Source of the DNA: Gammaproteobacteria bacterium
GTDB lineage: Bacteria > Pseudomonadota > Gammaproteobacteria > CAJXQU01
Assembly (NCBI GenBank): GCA_026984275.1
Contig: JALSSM010000437.1
Span: 1 to 31,282 of the forward strand
DNA: 31,282 bases
Reading direction: 5' to 3'
Every line of letters begins with the position of its first letter. The stretch's first letter is position 1. Of the stretch, positions 28,991-31,282 are shown one piece after another. The translations under genes were made by a program, and so were the position numbers. The notes below the pieces were generated by a model that was given only the letters and a program-made list of their open reading frames with translations, did not search any database and had not been told where the DNA came from.

Positions 28991-30524
28991 TTTTCGCTCC
29001 CTCACCAATGACGTTACCAATGGTATTCAGAACGACATTACGATCATTAAACGGGAATCTTTGCCCCTTAATCTCCTGCCAGTTTTCATGTCCCTTTCCC
29101 GCCACCAGAATAATATCTTTCGGATGCGCAGACTTGATTGCCGTTTCTATGGCCAGCTTCCGATCAAAAATCACTTTGGCTTTACCCGGTTTTTTCATCC
29201 CGGAAAGGATCCCACTGGCGATAATGCTGGGCTCCTCCGATCGAGGATTATCATTTGTAACGATGATCGTATCAGCCAGTTTTTCTACAACGTCTCCCAT
29301 CAAAGGTCGTTTACCTTTATCACGATCGCCACCACAACCAAAGACACACCACAACTTCCCGCTAGAGATCTCTTTGAGTGTCTCAAGTGCTTTTGTAAGA
29401 CCATCGGGTGTATGGGCAAAATCAACCACAACCGCCGCTTGTGCGTCCTTAACAAATGCCTCCATTCTGCCTGGCACACCCACCATTTCCGATAATGCGT
29501 CGAGTACTTCCTCAAAATGAAATCCACATGCCATTAATGCGGCCATTGCAGCAAGTAAATTACTGGCATTGAAGCGTCCAAGCAGGTTGGCTCTAAGTGC
29601 ATTGGAACCTTGCGGTGTATCGATTTCCATGATCAGACCTTTCACTGAAAAATCCAGTTTGCTGCACCGAATGACGGTTATACCCGGATGAGAATCCAGT
29701 CCCAAGGTATAACCAAAAACCTGTACATTGTCTGATAAAACTTGCAGAATTTTTTCTGAAAATGGATCGTCCAGATTGATCACGGCTGCCTGCAAATCAG
29801 GAGATTTGAACAACTCAAGTTTTGCTGCACCATAAGTCTGCATATCGCCATGGTAGTCCAGATGATCACGTGACAGATTTGTAAAAACGGCGACATCAAA
29901 ATCGACACCGCTCAGCCTGTGCTGTGCTAATCCATGTGAAGAAGCTTCGATCACCGTAGCTTGCGCACCCTGATCACGTAAGCGGGAAAGTGATAAATGC
30001 ATACGAATTGAATCCGGTGTTGTCATTCCACTGGAGACAAATTCTCCAAACAGACCGCTTCCTAATGTTCCGATCACACCACAGGTGCCACTACCTGAAA
30101 TCTTGTCGATGGCCTGGCCTATAAAGTTACTCACGGATGTTTTTCCGTTTGTACCAGTCACCCCAAAAACCTTCATTAGATCCGTGGGCTGGCCATAATA
30201 CCGATGAGCAATTTCACCCGTTTTAACAGCCAGTTGATCAACAAAAATAATATTATTTTTGTTCTTCTTCATGAGCTGTTCCGGGATCAGAGATACATCT
30301 TCGCTATCGACCAGGATAGCCACAGCACCCTTGCAAAAAGCATCTGCTATAAAGTCAACACCATGTGACTCAGTGCCATTAATCGCAATAAAACAATCGC
30401 CCTGATGAACAGTTCGACTATCCAGCTCAATCCCCATTATTTGTTTATCCTGGTCAGCCTCGACGGATGCAAACCCATCCAGGAGTTCACTGAGATATAT
30501 TCCACCATGATTCATCGCCGTCAT
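28983..30524 (-). CDS. murE: UDP-N-acetylmuramoyl-L-alanyl-D-glutamate--meso-DAP ligase
   Basis: VTGTNGKTS, EASSHGL, FTNLSRDHLDYH, VDFAHTPD, meso-DAP motif DNPR, AGKGHE. Start ambiguous (TTG 30530, ATG 30524 or ATG 30515). Confidence 0.96.
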   Translation of the reverse strand: MTAMNHGGIYLSELLDGFASVEADQDKQIMGIELDSRTVHQGDCFIAINGTESHGVDFIADAFCKGAVAILVDSEDVSLIPEQLMKKNKNNIIFVDQLAVKTGEIAHRYYGQPTDLMKVFGVTGTNGKTSVSNFIGQAIDKISGSGTCGVIGTLGSGLFGEFVSSGMTTPDSIRMHLSLSRLRDQGAQATVIEASSHGLAQHRLSGVDFDVAVFTNLSRDHLDYHGDMQTYGAAKLELFKSPDLQAAVINLDDPFSEKILQVLSDNVQVFGYTLGLDSHPGITVIRCSKLDFSVKGLIMEIDTPQGSNALRANLLGRFNASNLLAAMAALMACGFHFEEVLDALSEMVGVPGRMEAFVKDAQAAVVVDFAHTPDGLTKALETLKEISSGKLWCVFGCGGDRDKGKRPLMGDVVEKLADTIIVTNDNPRSEEPSIIASGILSGMKKPGKAKVIFDRKLAIETAIKSAHPKDIILVAGKGHENWQEIKGQRFPFNDRNVVLNTIGNVIGEGAKND

Positions 30525-30526
30525 TA

Positions 30527-31282
30527 TCAAGGTTGTCTCCCAGCTACGAGTCGTTCACTGTTAGCTTTTTTTATGGCGGGAATATCATCTGGAGAAATAT
30601 TCATTAAACGCAACGTCTCACCCAGCAATCTGGCAAAGGCAGGGGCAGCGACCTGGCCACCATAGTATTCACCCTGCGATGGTTCATTGATCATGACAAC
30701 GGCAACCAGGCGTGGATGGCTTGCAGGAACGATACCCGCAAAAACCGATTGGTATCTATCTTCTGCATAACCACCCACAGATGATTTATGTGCAGTGCCT
30801 GTTTTCCCGGCGACCCTGTATCCCGTAATCTGAGCCTGCTTGCCTGTGCCATCCTGGACCACACCTTCCATCATCTTCAGGACTTCTCGTGCCGTTTTTT
30901 TGCTCATTACCCGGATGCTTTCTTCAGGCTGATCAACTTTAAGCAGGCTTGGAGGGACCATTACACCTTCATTTGCCAGTACAGTGTAAGCATGTGCCAA
31001 CTGCAATGTCGTCACTGACATACCATAACCAAATGACATGGTTGCCTGTTCCACCTTTCTCCAATTTGTATAATCTCTCAGGCGACCTGAAACTTCCCCC
31101 GGAAAACCTGCTCCACTGGTTGCACCCAATCCAATTTCTCGAAAAGTCTTCCAGAGCATCTCTGGCTCAAGCGTTAGTGCAATTTTTGATGCTCCAACAT
31201 TACTGGACTTCTTAATCACTGTTGAAACATCAATAAGTCCATAGTTATGGGTATCTCTTATCGTATATCTCCCAATCTTGAA
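30527..31282 (-). CDS. ftsI: Penicillin-binding protein 3 FtsI, C-terminal part (runs off the right edge)
   Basis: Frame is open to the window edge (FKIGRYTIRDTHNYG...). SxN motif KSSNVG, KTG motif AGKTGTA, GGQVAAP. Directly upstream of murE. Confidence 0.95.
   Translation of the reverse strand, partial: FKIGRYTIRDTHNYGLIDVSTVIKKSSNVGASKIALTLEPEMLWKTFREIGLGATSGAGFPGEVSGRLRDYTNWRKVEQATMSFGYGMSVTTLQLAHAYTVLANEGVMVPPSLLKVDQPEESIRVMSKKTAREVLKMMEGVVQDGTGKQAQITGYRVAGKTGTAHKSSVGGYAEDRYQSVFAGIVPASHPRLVAVVMINEPSQGEYYGGQVAAPAFARLLGETLRLMNISPDDIPAIKKANSERLVAGRQP

Noticed and set aside
615-31215. The many 60-200 aa ORFs antisense to, or out of frame within, the housekeeping genes (for example 3426-3869, 16601-16951, 17090-17590, 28890-29495, 29008-29520)
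   Set aside because: These are shadow ORFs fully nested in strongly supported genes, with compositions typical of antisense reading and no family motifs.
1-31282. CRISPR arrays, tRNA/rRNA, IS transposases, integrases, and Neisseria/Pasteurellaceae DNA uptake sequences near the pilus genes
   Set aside because: None were seen by eye. The intergenic gaps are all 200 nt or less and leave little room for an array or rRNA. No exhaustive scan was possible.

Overview
This is a mostly core-genome window from a Gammaproteobacterium. The murC-murB-ddl order and the M23-secA-argJ-mutT/thiE block suggest a non-enteric lineage (inference). From left to right: (i) a minus-strand unit lemA - DUF1841 - mlaE - mlaF-like, truncated at the left edge; (ii) an uncharacterised radical SAM gene; (iii) type IV pilus assembly genes pilB-pilC-pilD followed by coaE-zapD-yacG, with no pilA; (iv) a minus-strand run from ftsI (truncated at the right edge) through murE-murF-mraY-murD-ftsW-murG-murC-murB-ddl-ftsQ-ftsA-ftsZ-lpxC, then dciA on the opposite strand, an M23 peptidase, secA, argJ and a MutT-ThiE fusion. 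I found no CRISPR array, RNA gene, transposase, prophage or defence system, and I cannot support a claim of a wholly new multi-gene system. The best leads are small. They are an 87-bp ERIC/MITE-like inverted-repeat element between yacG and mutT, a sigma54-type promoter facing pilB where a pilin gene might be expected, the radical SAM gene, the lemA-DUF1841-MCE transporter operon, a probable leaderless pilD transcript, a ftsZ-lpxC hairpin with a CsrA/RsmA-type loop, and roughly 3-fold GATC enrichment. All gene calls come from motif recognition without database searches. Several starts were moved downstream of the ORF-track start using RBS position and family N-termini.
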